64,000 nucleotides of DNA from Zancudomyces culisetae HAW-14-8 (taxonomy: Eukaryota > Fungi > Kickxellomycota): NCBI GenBank assembly GCA_052426225.1, contig JBNJNM010000006.1:2666001-2730000 (forward strand), read 5' to 3'. Within the stretch, counting starts at the first letter, position 1. Each line of letters starts with the position of its first letter. This document shows, one piece after another, positions 14,146-26,441 of the stretch. A program made the translations under genes and the position numbers. Below the pieces are notes generated by a model. The model did not search any database, had not been told where the DNA came from, and saw only the letters and a program-made list of their open reading frames with translations.

Positions 14146-17100
14146 ACCTCTTTTCTTTTTTATTTTCACACTCCTTCCCTACTTCCTTGTTTTCTTTGTT
14201 ATATCGGTTTACTGTACAGACTTTATTGCTTCCTCTTCACTCAACTTTTATCCGTTCTATATTGTGGAAATATCTACCATATGTTAGGCTCTATTCAAAC
14301 TTACTAAACAGCAATATATAGCTCGCATACAACCACAATCACAATCACAATCACACAAATGCTATTATAATAGCCACATTTCTTTCTCTGTAGATGGTAC
14401 AAGTATTACACCAACCGAAACTTTTTCTTGTGAGTTTGGCATTCCTAAAACTTGTCATTAAATGTGTTGAATACAAATAAAAAAATGTTTGACTTTTAAA
14501 GTTGATATGATGCTTATCTCAACTCCTCTCTTCCGACATACATCACACCTCCCCTTTCTCTCTCACTCGCCCGTTAACCTTTTTTTGTTTGTTTGTTTGT
14601 TTTGATTTTCTTTTTTCTTTATAAAAATCAAGTGTGCTTTCCCTCCATACCTTTTAAGGGTAGAAATATTATACAGTATTTATCTAATCCTCAGCGAAAT
14701 TACTTGTAATCCAAATGGAAAAAAAAAACATTTATAAACTCTTATTTTGCTCTTCCCATACTTTTACTAATATCAATATCACCTTCACCTATTATAATAA
14801 CCATATCACTCTCCTATTCTTCTTCTCACCATCAGCTTCACTTTCCCTCCTGCTCCTCCCAAAAAAAAACCCATAACATCTCCTTACCTTCTACCAGTTT
14901 ATTCCGAACTACAAAGTTTAATTTATCGAATGTTTTATCTTGTCACCCCAACTCCCTGATTTATTTTCCCTTACTATCTTTTTTTTTCGTTGCACTATTT
15001 AAAAGCAGGGAAAATCTTGTTACATATTATTAAAAAAACTCATCGTTTCATGTTTTAGACTTTTCCCCGCCCCACACCTATTTTCTTTTTTCTCTTTTCT
15101 TTCTTCTCGATTTGGGTAACAAATGGTTTGAACCTCAAAAACAAACAAAAGAAAAACATCACTGATTTACAAACTCACAAAAATACAAGTCGCCTCATAC
15201 ATCTACTCTCTACGTTTTCATACAAAAAAAAATACCTTTTATTTTATTTTCCCAGTTGTGCCTCCTATCGTCACTGTTTTCGCTTCACTTTTTTTCTGTG
15301 TATATTGATGCTGTTTATCTGTTTGATATACTTTCTGTTGATTATTATCACCTATGCTTGAGATTTCTCTATATGGCGTTATAGCTTTTAACCTGCACTT
15401 TACAACACTTTTTATCGTTATTTTCTAGTCCTTTAACCTTTTTTTTTTGTGTTTGTTGTTATACCGCGTTCAAGTTGTAGTTGCAAAATTATCCCTATAT
15501 AAATATGTCGGTGTTTATTATCGTTTTGGTTGTGTTTTTCATAAGGTCTTCCCCTGTAACCCTAATTCGTATCTTGTTTTGCTTTACACTGCTAATATTC
15601 TGTTTCCGGATATTTATGGTCTAAAGTGCCTTTTTTTCTCCCTTTGTTTCTGTGTTGAATTATTGTTCTCTACCTTGTATTATTTAGTATGCTGTCCGTG
15701 TCGTATACATATTTATATTTCAACAACACTATTAAAAATAAACTTTTTTGAAAAAGCGTGATATTAAAAAAGTTCAACCTTTTGGGTTGATCTTTATACG
15801 AATATCAATCTATTACTTATAGTTCATCCAAAACCCAAACTCCAGCTACAAAACCCTAATTAATTCCACCTATCACTGTTGCTTTTAGCAAAGTTTTTTC
15901 ACTTGCTTTAATGTTTTTTTTGCTAATATACGTGGTATTTGCTGTAAATTCTGTAAGATGTACTACCCGAAATTTGGTGTATTCTCAAAAAAAAAAAAAG
16001 CTTCGGACCTCTAGACGTATTTATAGAACATTATGAGTCTTACACACTTTTCCACCATTTTTTTATATTTATGCTTGCACCAATATATTATATTCGTAGC
16101 TTGACGAAGGATAATGTCTGTGAAAATCAATCGTAGCTACAGCTTGGTAAAACATTACACCTTCCCCAATCGAGATATCTCCACGATAAATGAATATAGC
16201 TTTTGGCAGTAAATACCCTCCTCCCCTTCCAATTCACATATGTAATTGATCCCAATTTCTCAATACCTGCAACCCAATTGGATTTATTTTTTTTTACTTG
16301 CGTACTCATCAATTAGTTTATGTACACATATTAGCGAGCTAAAAAAAAATGGATATAACATTTTTGTAAGCTAATTAGCCCTAAACAAATGATCTCTGTG
16401 AAAAGGGTCTCACATTTTTTGATTCTATAATTACACCTATTACAAATATTGCTACGGTAATATTACCTCAATACTTCTGCTCATCAGACCCTTTAGCTAT
16501 ACGTGTTGGTGTCAATACTCATCATACAACTTCATACTGATTTTGGTATCTAACTGAGAAATAAAAGAGAATCGGTGTCACCATAAATTGGTATCAGTTT
16601 TTGAATGGATAAAAATAACTAGCGGATATTCACATTGACTTCATTACCACAAGAGCAAAAATATTGTAATGAGCAAATACAGGTCAAAAGCTTTGATCTA
16701 GCTTCTGTATACACTAAACTTCCCTTTGGCATGATAGGTGCAGAGATATAGGATTGTATACTGCGTTTTACAGTAATTTGTTAACTTTATGGAACCCAAT
16801 ATTACCGTTGTTTTTCTTTTTCTCGAAAAATGTACTCTTAAATACCCCTAGCCCTCGGCATCAAACCAAAATTGTTTATTAAAAAACATTTAACATGGCA
16901 TTTTAATAAAAAGTAAGGTCGGCTGATATGTAGATAAAGGTTTGACTTGGGAACTGATGTGGAGTCGTTCTTTATCATTTTGGTATAAATCATGGGTCTG
17001 GCGTAATCTAGGCTCATTTCTAAACATCTCCATTTATTGTGTCTTTCCCTTCCCCCACCCCAAATGTACTCGCCAATTATTATTGCGCTAATTTAGCAAA

Positions 17101-17436
17101 ATATGCGTGGTGAGTAGCCAACTACTAAATACATTGATGTTTGCGGATTTACCAAGTGAAAAGAACCTAGCATGAATCAGATCAATATGAACAAGAGAAT
17201 TCAGATATCCATAAAATAAAATAGATTGAAGCTCGCTTCTCATTTTTTTTGAGGTATATTGTAACCCCGCTCCTTTGATTTGATGATTATTTTGTATTGA
17301 GCGCTTTAAGATGTTGGTAGTTTTACTCACATAAATAAAGATAAAAAATGAAAATTTGCAAATTACAGCAGTAACTACTCTCATGAAACCAATACCAACC
17401 TCAATTAAAATCTAACCCAATTCTTATCCTATTCCC

Positions 17437-17471
17437 CATACATACATACATACATACATACATACATACAT
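17437..17471. repeat. (CATA)n microsatellite, ~8.5 units
   Basis: Read directly. Confidence 0.9.
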
Positions 17472-18997
17472 CATACATGAATCTGTGAGCAGTAAATCAT
17501 TTAAATACCATTTATTCAAGGACTGGAATCCTCAGTTGGTACATCAAAAGATTTTTTCACATCTTCAATCTAAAAACGTCTCTGACTCTAATTTTGAACT
17601 GACTGGTTCGTAAGTAGACCACAAATGCGTTTTCGTATTATCAAAACCGATGTTTTTTGTTTGTTTGAGAGAATAGATGTTTAAACTATTCTGGCTTTAG
17701 ATTCATTTTTCTTAATAAAAAATGAAGATGGGTGTATTTCAACTGTGTTTTTGTCTTTATTATGAAACAACATACCAAAATTACCGTAAACCGAGTGGAA
17801 ATGATATCTATGACGCTGAGGCTTTTCGATGTAGTAAAGTCAAAAAATAAAAAAAGAACAGGATGACTAGTTCTAGTCAACACCCACGAATGAAATGGGT
17901 AAAAAAAGAACACGAATACCTGTAATATGTTTACACAGATTGGTTTACAAGTATCTGTTGCTTAACTTTGAGGATGATTGATTGTGAATCTACACGTGAT
18001 TTCCTCTCACCCCACATATCATTTTAATACTCCTTTTTACTGCTGAGATAAACTCAAGATATAGCTATAATTACTGTGATGCCAGCATCTATACTCTTTT
18101 CAGTGTCTAGAAAATTTGTTCACGTTTTTGATTAAAATTTTGCCGAATAAAGAGCATCAAAATTCCGATTTATTACTCTTTGTAGCCATCAATTACTTTA
18201 TAACCTCACTATTAATAAGATAAGATCCAATAATAAGTACAACTTGTGGCTTGCGATCCCACGTTGATGATTTTTCTTTTTGTAGATGTAAAACTTAGTG
18301 ATGTGAAAATACCGGTAGTTTGTACTATGTGGTTCTTTGTAATACAAATTTGATTCACAAAAGGATAATTCCCATGAATTATATTTAAAGAAACAAAAAT
18401 ATATACTGAAACGTGGCCATTATTAGCACATATAACAGATTGAGCTTAACAGAGAGATACTCGTACCTGTATTTATTTTATTGTTTCTATTGTCTAGAGT
18501 AAAATCAAGATGCAGTTACCAGCACCGAGATACATATTTTCTCCATATACCAATAACATCGATATGAGAGTTTCTTGTGCTGATTTATTTGTTCAGGATA
18601 CACGTATTTAAAATTTAGATACATTGGCTTTCTTGCACAGATATTGCTAGAAAGGGGTGGTAAATGGGTCGTTACAAAACACATATACCCGGTTGATCCC
18701 TCCCTTCCTCCTCCTCTTCTATTCGCTTCTTACAAGCATGACAACTGAGTGAATTTTGAGTATATTAATTGTGCATTTCAGCCAATGAATGATGTATGTT
18801 TTTAGTTCGGATTAGGCTCTCGCAGATATGCCCTCATTGGAGTATTTCAAATTCCCATACTTCTTTTTGAAACTTTATTTTTGCTTCCCAAAAAAATAGA
18901 ACAAAACAAACCACGCCGTTTTTGTAGTATTTGGTAACAAGCCAACATAAAGCAAAAATAGTATCACTTTTAGTTGAACTCTAAATGTGTCGCTCTA

Positions 18998-20077
18998 ATG
19001 TTGTCACTTATTTCGGGAATCTATGACTACTTTACTCAAAAAAGAGAATTTAGGATTCTAGTGTTGGGTCTCAGTGGTGCCGGAAAAACTGTAAGATTAT
19101 AATCATTAGGATATTTATTGCAAGTTGCTCATTTTTTCCAGATAATAAAGTATGTGATATTTTCAAACATTCTTATAGACTCTTGTGGAAAAGACAAAAG
19201 AGATTTACACCGGAAAACAGGGCATGAACCCTCGCTCAATTCAACCAACTGTCGGAATTAACAGTAAGTGTTCTTGTTTGGGGTTGTATACCCCAACCAT
19301 GTTTAAAGTTTCTGAATTTTAACATCTTAGATTTATACGCTATACTATTTCATCGAGTTTTTATAAGTAAAAATAAAATTTCTTTATCAAACTTTCTAAT
19401 AGTACGGAAAATTGGAATTGGTGGCGATGTCGTTGCATTTTGGGATCTAGCTGGCGAAAAGGATTTCCACAAGATCTGGAATTCATACTATAGTAATTGC
19501 CATGGTGTGCTCTTTGTTGTAGATTCATGTGCACCCCAAATCTTGCTAGAAAGCAAGGATACATTTGGTACGTTATTTTGCTTTCTTCTACTAATTGAAT
19601 CATCATATACAGGTTCCTTTTTTCAAACTGCAAGACACAGATATATGTTTTTAATTTTTTGTGGTTTGCATTGGGAGATTATTGTGATTCCTTTACTTGA
19701 ATACTAAAAACATAATATTATAGAAAAGCTCATGCGAGATGAGGAACTTCAAAGTGTCCCGGTAGTGATACTTGCGAATAAAATGGACTGTACACATGCA
19801 ATCCCCCTCGAGGAAATAAAAGAGCACATAAACAAGATGGTCGATCTGATAGATAACAGAGATATGAGAGTGCTTCCATCGTCTGCGTTCACAGGGTATG
19901 TTCTTTTTTGTATATTTTCTGCTGAATGTTAGATATCGCTTTACGAGCGCTGATTAGTTTACCAAGGTGTACATTGAACAATCAAATAGTGATGGAATAA
20001 AATTCGCTATTGACTGGCTGTATAAACGCATGGATGAGAGAGGCGACACCCGACCACCTATTTTTGTCCAGCACTAG
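18998..20077 (+). CDS. ARFRP1: ARF-related GTPase ARFRP1 (yeast Arl3-like); exons 18998-19090, 19179-19263, 19403-19567, 19724-19895, 19990-20077
   Basis: Spliced product MLSLISGIYDYFTQKREFRILVLGLSGAGKT..IQPTVGIN..FWDLAGE..IWNSYYSNCHGVLFVVDS..VILANKMD..SSAFTGDGIKFAIDWL..RPP. It has no Gly2 and a C-terminal RPP like ARFRP1. All introns are GT-AG and in phase. Confidence 0.88.
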
Positions 20078-21103
20078 GTTTTCTATGTGGGTTTCAATAT
20101 GGGGCCATCAAGAAAAATATTGACAACTTTAATACATATTACATTATGATTGTATACTCCCTCAAATACCTCTTCGTAGTTACAAGCAGATTAAAAACAG
20201 CAAATTCACATTTCCAATATTATAGATACTTGTTACAATAGCAATGATATTTTTAGAGTATGTACAGTACATTATTTTTACTGCGTACAAGTTTTAATGT
20301 TGTTTTTGAATCGAAAACATAGAATAAAAACATACAACAAATGACTACAAAATAAACTCAAATATGTGTGTGGATATGTGAGCTAGAACTAGATTCGACA
20401 TTCCTCTGACATGAGCGTATAAACGTGTATATTGGGAAGTCATGTTTTGTTCACACGACCTCCAGAGCTGCTAATTGAGCAAAAAATCCAGAGCGTTTAC
20501 AATTGCAAGTAGTTAATATCATTGTTGTGTGCCAATAAAACAAATAATGGATTGATAACACAAGCAGAATCTAACCAAGTATAAGCTGCATTGCAGCTAA
20601 ACTTCATATAGCAGGAAAGTTGCTCTTTCTATGATTTTTTTCCAAAAAAAACAGACATTCACTAAAGCAATGGTGTGTTGCGCATAATGGTTTTTTGTAG
20701 CACCTAAAATCAATGCTTTATTTTGGAATATTTAATTCTAGTACAACAGACTAAACAGGTTTTCGGCTGATGTTTTGATATGTTGTAAATTGCTTATTCA
20801 ATGCTGTTGTTAAAAAAAAAATGTTCATTTGATGTTTAAGGGTTGTGATTTGTTGTGTGCAATTTGTGCATGATTTATTAAACTGTTACCAATGAATTAG
20901 GATAATGAAATGATTTGAGATGATGGGGATGTAAATTACAGGGTTTTATCTAATACATTATATCAAAGGACTTTTTTTTTGTTGACCTCCTAAAGCTGAA
21001 AATTTTGCTATATAAGCAAAGCTCTGAGATAACACATTTTAGTATTAGTCATTATTTTTCTAACAAGTTAAATAGAATACAAATCAATTGACAAAATATC
21101 AAA

Positions 21104-21538
21104 ATGGACGCTCAATCAACAGGAAATGTAAGTTTTGTTTCTTGATCTCGTTTTTTTTTTGAGATTGCTTTTATGAAAACACTGGATGGAATAAAAATAT
21201 AGGCAGCTTTTGTTAAGGCATCAGAGGATGTGAACACATTGACTACCAAGCCATCAAACGAAGTCCTCTTGGAACTTTATGCGTTGTTTAAGCAGGGTAT
21301 CTTTGGAGATAACACCAACCCAGCACCTGGTCTTTTTGCACTCAAAGACAAGGCAAAGTATAATGCATGGATGGATAAAAAAGGTCAGCAGTTACATGAG
21401 TAAAATCGAAATTTGAATTATTTCCAAGCATCGCCTTAAATCATCTTTAAACGCCTTGTGTATATTTATTTAGGTATGAGCAAAGAAGATGCTCAGGCAA
21501 AATATATTGCGCTTGTAAACTCACTTATCGCTGCATAA
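21104..21538 (+). CDS. ACB1: Acyl-CoA-binding protein; exons 21104-21127, 21203-21383, 21474-21538
   Basis: Spliced product MDAQSTGNAAFVKASEDVNTLTTKPSNEVLLELYALFKQGIFGDNTNPAPGLFALKDKAKYNAWMDKKGMSKEDAQAKYIALVNSLIAA carries the ACBP signature. Missed by the ORF track. Confidence 0.93.
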
Positions 21539-21736
21539 TGGTAGTCGGCAGCTCCAGTCAATATATATATAGATATATTTTCCAAAGTGGTATTTATTTC
21601 TACACGCCGTGCCAGACGGTTTATTTGAAGAAATATTCATTATTCTCAATAAACCCTTGTCTTATCTCACAAGATTGTACAACCCAGTTTTGCATTTGTC
21701 TGAACGTTTTTGTATAGCGAGGGGAACTGTGTATAC

Positions 21737-21771
21737 AACAAAGTAGGAGCACAATGAGCTCCTACTTTGTT
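21737..21771. repeat. Perfect 14-bp inverted repeat with 7-nt loop between convergent ACB1 and MAM3
   Basis: AACAAAGTAGGAGC-acaatga-GCTCCTACTTTGTT. Confidence 0.9.
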
Positions 21772-22051
21772 ATACTTGAAGTTTTGAAGTGATTTAGAAT
21801 AATATGAGGGGCCATATGGCGGTTTGCCATTAAAAGCGAAGTGTGGTTGCTCTTTAATTTTTTACACCATTGAAATCATCAAAAGCCAGTAAGGCTTGCA
21901 TTGAGTAGTTCAGTTCAAAAAGCGGACGGGAATGGCTCCATCGGAAAGGATAAATGGTTTAAAGTTTGTTCCAAAAAAGAAAAACACTAAAAGCAAAAGC
22001 ACAACCGAAAAAAGTACTAATAAAAACAAACAGTAAACAACAAGCAATCAT

Positions 22052-23801
22052 CTATACCTTAAAAGTAGGTGTATTGCTCCCTAGGGAACTCGAATTTTGT
22101 TCCTCAGGCTGGCTTACAAGAATGCCATACGATTCTGTATTGATTTCAGACTGGCACGCAGGACCCGACTGAAGCCTACTTGAATCGTTTCTGAGCATAC
22201 TTCTTTTATGATATGAGGTGGTTGATTTGTTTCTTGTGATGCTGTGTGGCGAGAAAGTTCCGGGTAATAGCTTTGCAGAGCTGATTGCACGGGCAACTTT
22301 AATTTTATTCTTAATATCAATGAATACATCGGTTTCGTCCACAATCTCCTCTTGTATTAGCTCCTCTATTACATCTTCCAGCGTGATTATCCCCAACGGG
22401 GTCCAGTTTTCCTCACTTTTATAAGATATCTTTGCGCTAAATTGACTAGAGGTCCTTTTAGGCTTGGAAGAAGCATAAGACGTTTCTGCATCGCTAGACC
22501 GATGTCCTATATTAAGCGGGGTACTTTCGTTCATTTTCATTGCTAGACCAGCTCTATTAGTATCCAAATTCCGCATATCTACAGCAGATTCATCACTAGG
22601 TGCGCTCGCAACCACAGCCATGTGGCTTCCACCTTCCTGGAACGCGTTTAGAATATCGTATAGAGAAACCGAAGTCAGCACCCATGGGATCTGTCTCAGC
22701 TGAAGCCTGCCCACCTTGATACACTCTTTTGGATTTATTAAGATCAATGATTTAACCAAAAGGACACCGACTATATTACTCCTTTTCCCCTTATACACGG
22801 GGATTCTTGAGTGTCCTCTATCAACTATTTCGTTGATTAGCTTCATATCAAGTGTATCGTTGAATTCTAACATGTACACACTATTCATGTCTGTCATCAC
22901 GTCTACCACCATTTTTTCGGACAAGTCTAATGCTCCCCTAATAATCGTAACTTCATCATGTGTCAATGCGCCCCCATGTGATACCGCACTGAGATTTACT
23001 AGCTCTTTTAATTCCGCTCTTCTATATACAATACCATGATCCTTCCCTATTGCATAGTCCAAAATGCTAGCAATTGGATAAACGATCGGCGAGAATATCA
23101 CCTGCAGAAATCGCAGAGGTCTATAAATTTTTTAAAAGTGAAAAGCTCAGGTTGATAATCTACTGTCTAGTTAGTATAAAATATAGTACTTATGTGATGT
23201 ATTACACTGAAAAGAATGCACCTATCGCTAACCCATATCTGACACAGACTGATTGTGGTATAACTTCACCAAACAACAGAATAAGCACAGTTGACATTAT
23301 GACCGCCTTTACTCCGCCCTCAAAAATCGAGTCAAAGACAATAGGTAGAGTTTCGTTTAAAATTGTATTGCCAAGTAGTAAAGTTACAAGCAAACGGTGA
23401 CCGTTCTTTCGTAGTGGCATTATCTTTTTTACATATGCCTTTTGTTTTTCTGTACCAGAAACCGAAATTATGGCCAAGTTTGTTGAATCCAGAGACATCA
23501 AACCAATGGTTAGACCTATTTTATCATAAAGCTATTTCAATTACTATTTTATTTTTGGATTTTCTCATTATGCACATCAAAGTCATATGCAGTTTTACTC
23601 CTAGATGGAATTCTACCGCTTGAGCATAATATTTTACTCTGTTTTTGAAATCACATTCATATTATATATTAGTAGATTTTACTTACCCGCTAATAGGCCA
23701 CCAGTCAGGACTAAAACCATGGATATCGCCAACTTCCAGTAGTACCCTATTGTCATGTAGTGGCTCATTGTCTCTCTGGCAACAATTTGCAGAATTGGCA
23801 T
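22052..23801 (-). CDS. MAM3: CNNM/Mam3 family metal-homeostasis protein (DUF21 transmembrane + CBS pair); exons 23801-23687, 23515-23206, 23120-22052
   Basis: LVLTGGLLAG|LTIGLMSLD, HRLLVTLLLGN..NETLPI, FGEVIPQSVC, IIRGALDL, GHSRIPVY, FQEGGSHMAVV, GIITLEDVIEELIQEEIVDETD. Introns are GT-AG and in phase. Confidence 0.9.
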
Positions 23802-24812
23802 TTTTTTTTATAGAAATTACTACTACAGGCTTACACCAAAAAATAAAGTGACTATAAGAAACAAAAATCTAGAAATCATTTATTGAGCACATACTATTCT
23901 CTTTACAGATAAATGATATAGGCTTTGGCGTCTTTCTATAATTATCCCGTGACTTGGGTTTAAAACGTTTTTTAGGTTTGCGTTTGTCCAATTTGAAAGT
24001 GCCGCTTCTTTCAAAATAAGTTTAGCTTTTATTTTTTTACGTTGGGGTGCTATTTTTTAAACATATCGATTATTTTCTTTCCTCCAATTTGCCGAATAAA
24101 AAAACATTTGCAAATCAACGCTCAATTTCTAGGTCTGAAATTTCGGAAGCCAGTTTCCGAGTTTTTAAGTAGTAATTCAAGACCTATAATCTGAAATTTT
24201 AAACGACGCGCTTTGAACACAGATGAACAGTGGTCTAATTATGTAACACATTGTCGAATGAATTTTGTTCAAATAAAATAATCAAATAAATTTACATAAA
24301 AAATTTGTAGCTATTTTTCAGTCAAAGTCTTGTACAATCTGTGGACAACATGTGGGTATCACGATGAAACTTTAGGTGTACCAAACCAATATTCTATATT
24401 TGATCATCCCTTACTTAGGGAGAGGCGAGTATACTTCATGGTGCGTTTGTAAGTTATACTAAGGAGGGCTGTCAAAGCCATTGAAATAAAATTAATCTAA
24501 AAAAAATGTAAAGTAAGACCATGATGCCATTAAATTTAGTCTACGCAAACCATGAGCTGTTTTTTGCAAATAAATCTCAATCTTTGAGTTGAAGTGGTCA
24601 AAGTGTACAAACTGTAGCCCATATGTAGTCAGGAACAAATCTTGTTCAATTTTTTGTTGCATTTTTTTGACGTGTTTATGCAAAACAATGATACCATGAC
24701 CGATGGCATAAAGTAGACATGTAACATGGTGTATTATCACTCATTTATATTGCTTTATTATTTGAAAAAAATCAAAATCACAAAATGTCACAAAAAAGAA
24801 AAGACTATAAGA

Positions 24813-25652
24813 TTATAGTTTTTCATATTTCGGTTTCTGCTTTAGCATCATACTTTTTAGCGATTCTGCAATATCATTTGTATTGTGCATAATTGTATTC
24901 CAATTGGCGTTGTATTCCAAACCCTCTTGCACAGTGTGGTCCCTGGAATATAGTAAATTCCGTTTCGATCCAACAATCGCCACAGGTGATTTTGAAGCTA
25001 TTTCTGCAGCAAGCTCAATCGTTTTATCCAATCCTTCTTGTGCCTCCTTGAAAACGCGGCTAACCAAACCAAACTGTAAGGCTTCTGTAGATGATACACT
25101 CCTAGCCGTGTAAACTATTTCTCTTACCCAACTGTCATTCCCAACAATTTTTGGGAGCCGTTGAAGTGTCCCTACATCCGCAGCCATACCAATATCAACT
25201 TCTTTTACTGAAAAGTATGCATCTTCTGAACATTGTCTTATGTCACAAGCCGTTATCATATCGATTCCAGCACCAATGCACGCATTCTGCACGTATGCTA
25301 TTACTGGCTTGTCACAGTGTTCAATAGCTGTCAAGCTTGCCTGCCATTCTAGGATCATATTTCTGTGATGGATAGCCTTTCTAGCTATATCTCTTGTTTT
25401 ATCCTCCTTGAACAAAACCTCGGCAGTTTTTAGATCCAGACCAGAACAGAAAGCTCGACCCTGACCTGTCAACACTATTGATAGAATCTCGTTATCGAAT
25501 TTTACTTTATTGAAGCATTCTCTCAGGTCGATCCACATTTGGGGATTCATCGAGTTCAATTTATCGGGCCTATTTAGAGAGACCTGTAGTACACCCTTTA
25601 TTGGGTTCCTCAGAAGTAGTGTCTTAAATTCCTGTGAAAGAACGGAACTCAT
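24813..25652 (-). CDS. ECH1: Delta(3,5)-Delta(2,4)-dienoyl-CoA isomerase (crotonase family)
   Basis: LNRPDKLNSM, FCSGLDL, CIGAGIDMITACDIR and FSVKEVDIGMAADVGTLQRLPKIVGN (ECH1-type catalytic Glu/Asp segment). Ends in EKL. Confidence 0.92.
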   Translation of the reverse strand: MSSVLSQEFKTLLLRNPIKGVLQVSLNRPDKLNSMNPQMWIDLRECFNKVKFDNEILSIVLTGQGRAFCSGLDLKTAEVLFKEDKTRDIARKAIHHRNMILEWQASLTAIEHCDKPVIAYVQNACIGAGIDMITACDIRQCSEDAYFSVKEVDIGMAADVGTLQRLPKIVGNDSWVREIVYTARSVSSTEALQFGLVSRVFKEAQEGLDKTIELAAEIASKSPVAIVGSKRNLLYSRDHTVQEGLEYNANWNTIMHNTNDIAESLKSMMLKQKPKYEKL

Positions 25653-25760
25653 GATTAGAAATTTTATGATTTTAAATCGCTAAAAGCCAAATCTAAAGCC
25701 AAATTCCGACCAAAGAAAATACAAATATGAATGTGTGTTGTGTAAAGGTGCGAATGCAAA

Positions 25761-25795
25761 TGTGGATGTGGTTGTGGTTGTGGTTGTGGTTGTGG
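25761..25795. repeat. (TGTGGT)n hexamer microsatellite upstream of ECH1
   Basis: tgtggatgtggttgtggttgtggttgtggttgtgg read directly. Confidence 0.8.
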
Positions 25796-26441
25796 GGAGT
25801 TGAGCTAAAAACTCCAGTTGTATTTCTGAACAAACTCAAACATGATAATTTCCGAATGAAAAAAATGACAAATCATCATCAACCAGTAAATGTGAAAATA
25901 TTGCAAATTGTTTCACACCCGTATTTCCAGTGAAGAGGCAGAGATTTGTGTTGTGTCTTCTGTTTTTCACATGCAAGGGTTCAAATATATACATATACAT
26001 TCAGTGGATGTGTAAGTACATATCATTTTAAAAAAAGATGTCCTGAGGTTGGAGTAGCAAATGATTAAAGATATGAGAGAATAGTTTTTACTTTATCCAG
26101 ATAATATATAGGGCTATACTTTGTGAACCTGCAAGCTTCGTTTAATAAATAAAAAATATTCGAGCATGATCTAATCATAAACACCCACATCAGAATCTAG
26201 CGATTTTTAAGTATTAGGTCAATGTATACCACCTTAATAGCATCAAGAATTATTTATTCATGAAAAGTATCAAAAGTAAAGAAACAAGATAATAATTTTT
26301 TCAAAATCGCAACTAAATTACCATTAATGTTATTTTTTTTAAAGTATATATTTACTCATTGTATACAGGAAAAAACGGAAAATTAAGGGAAAATATTCAA
26401 ACATCTGAATTATTAGTTGTATGTGAGAGAGAAATTTCAGC

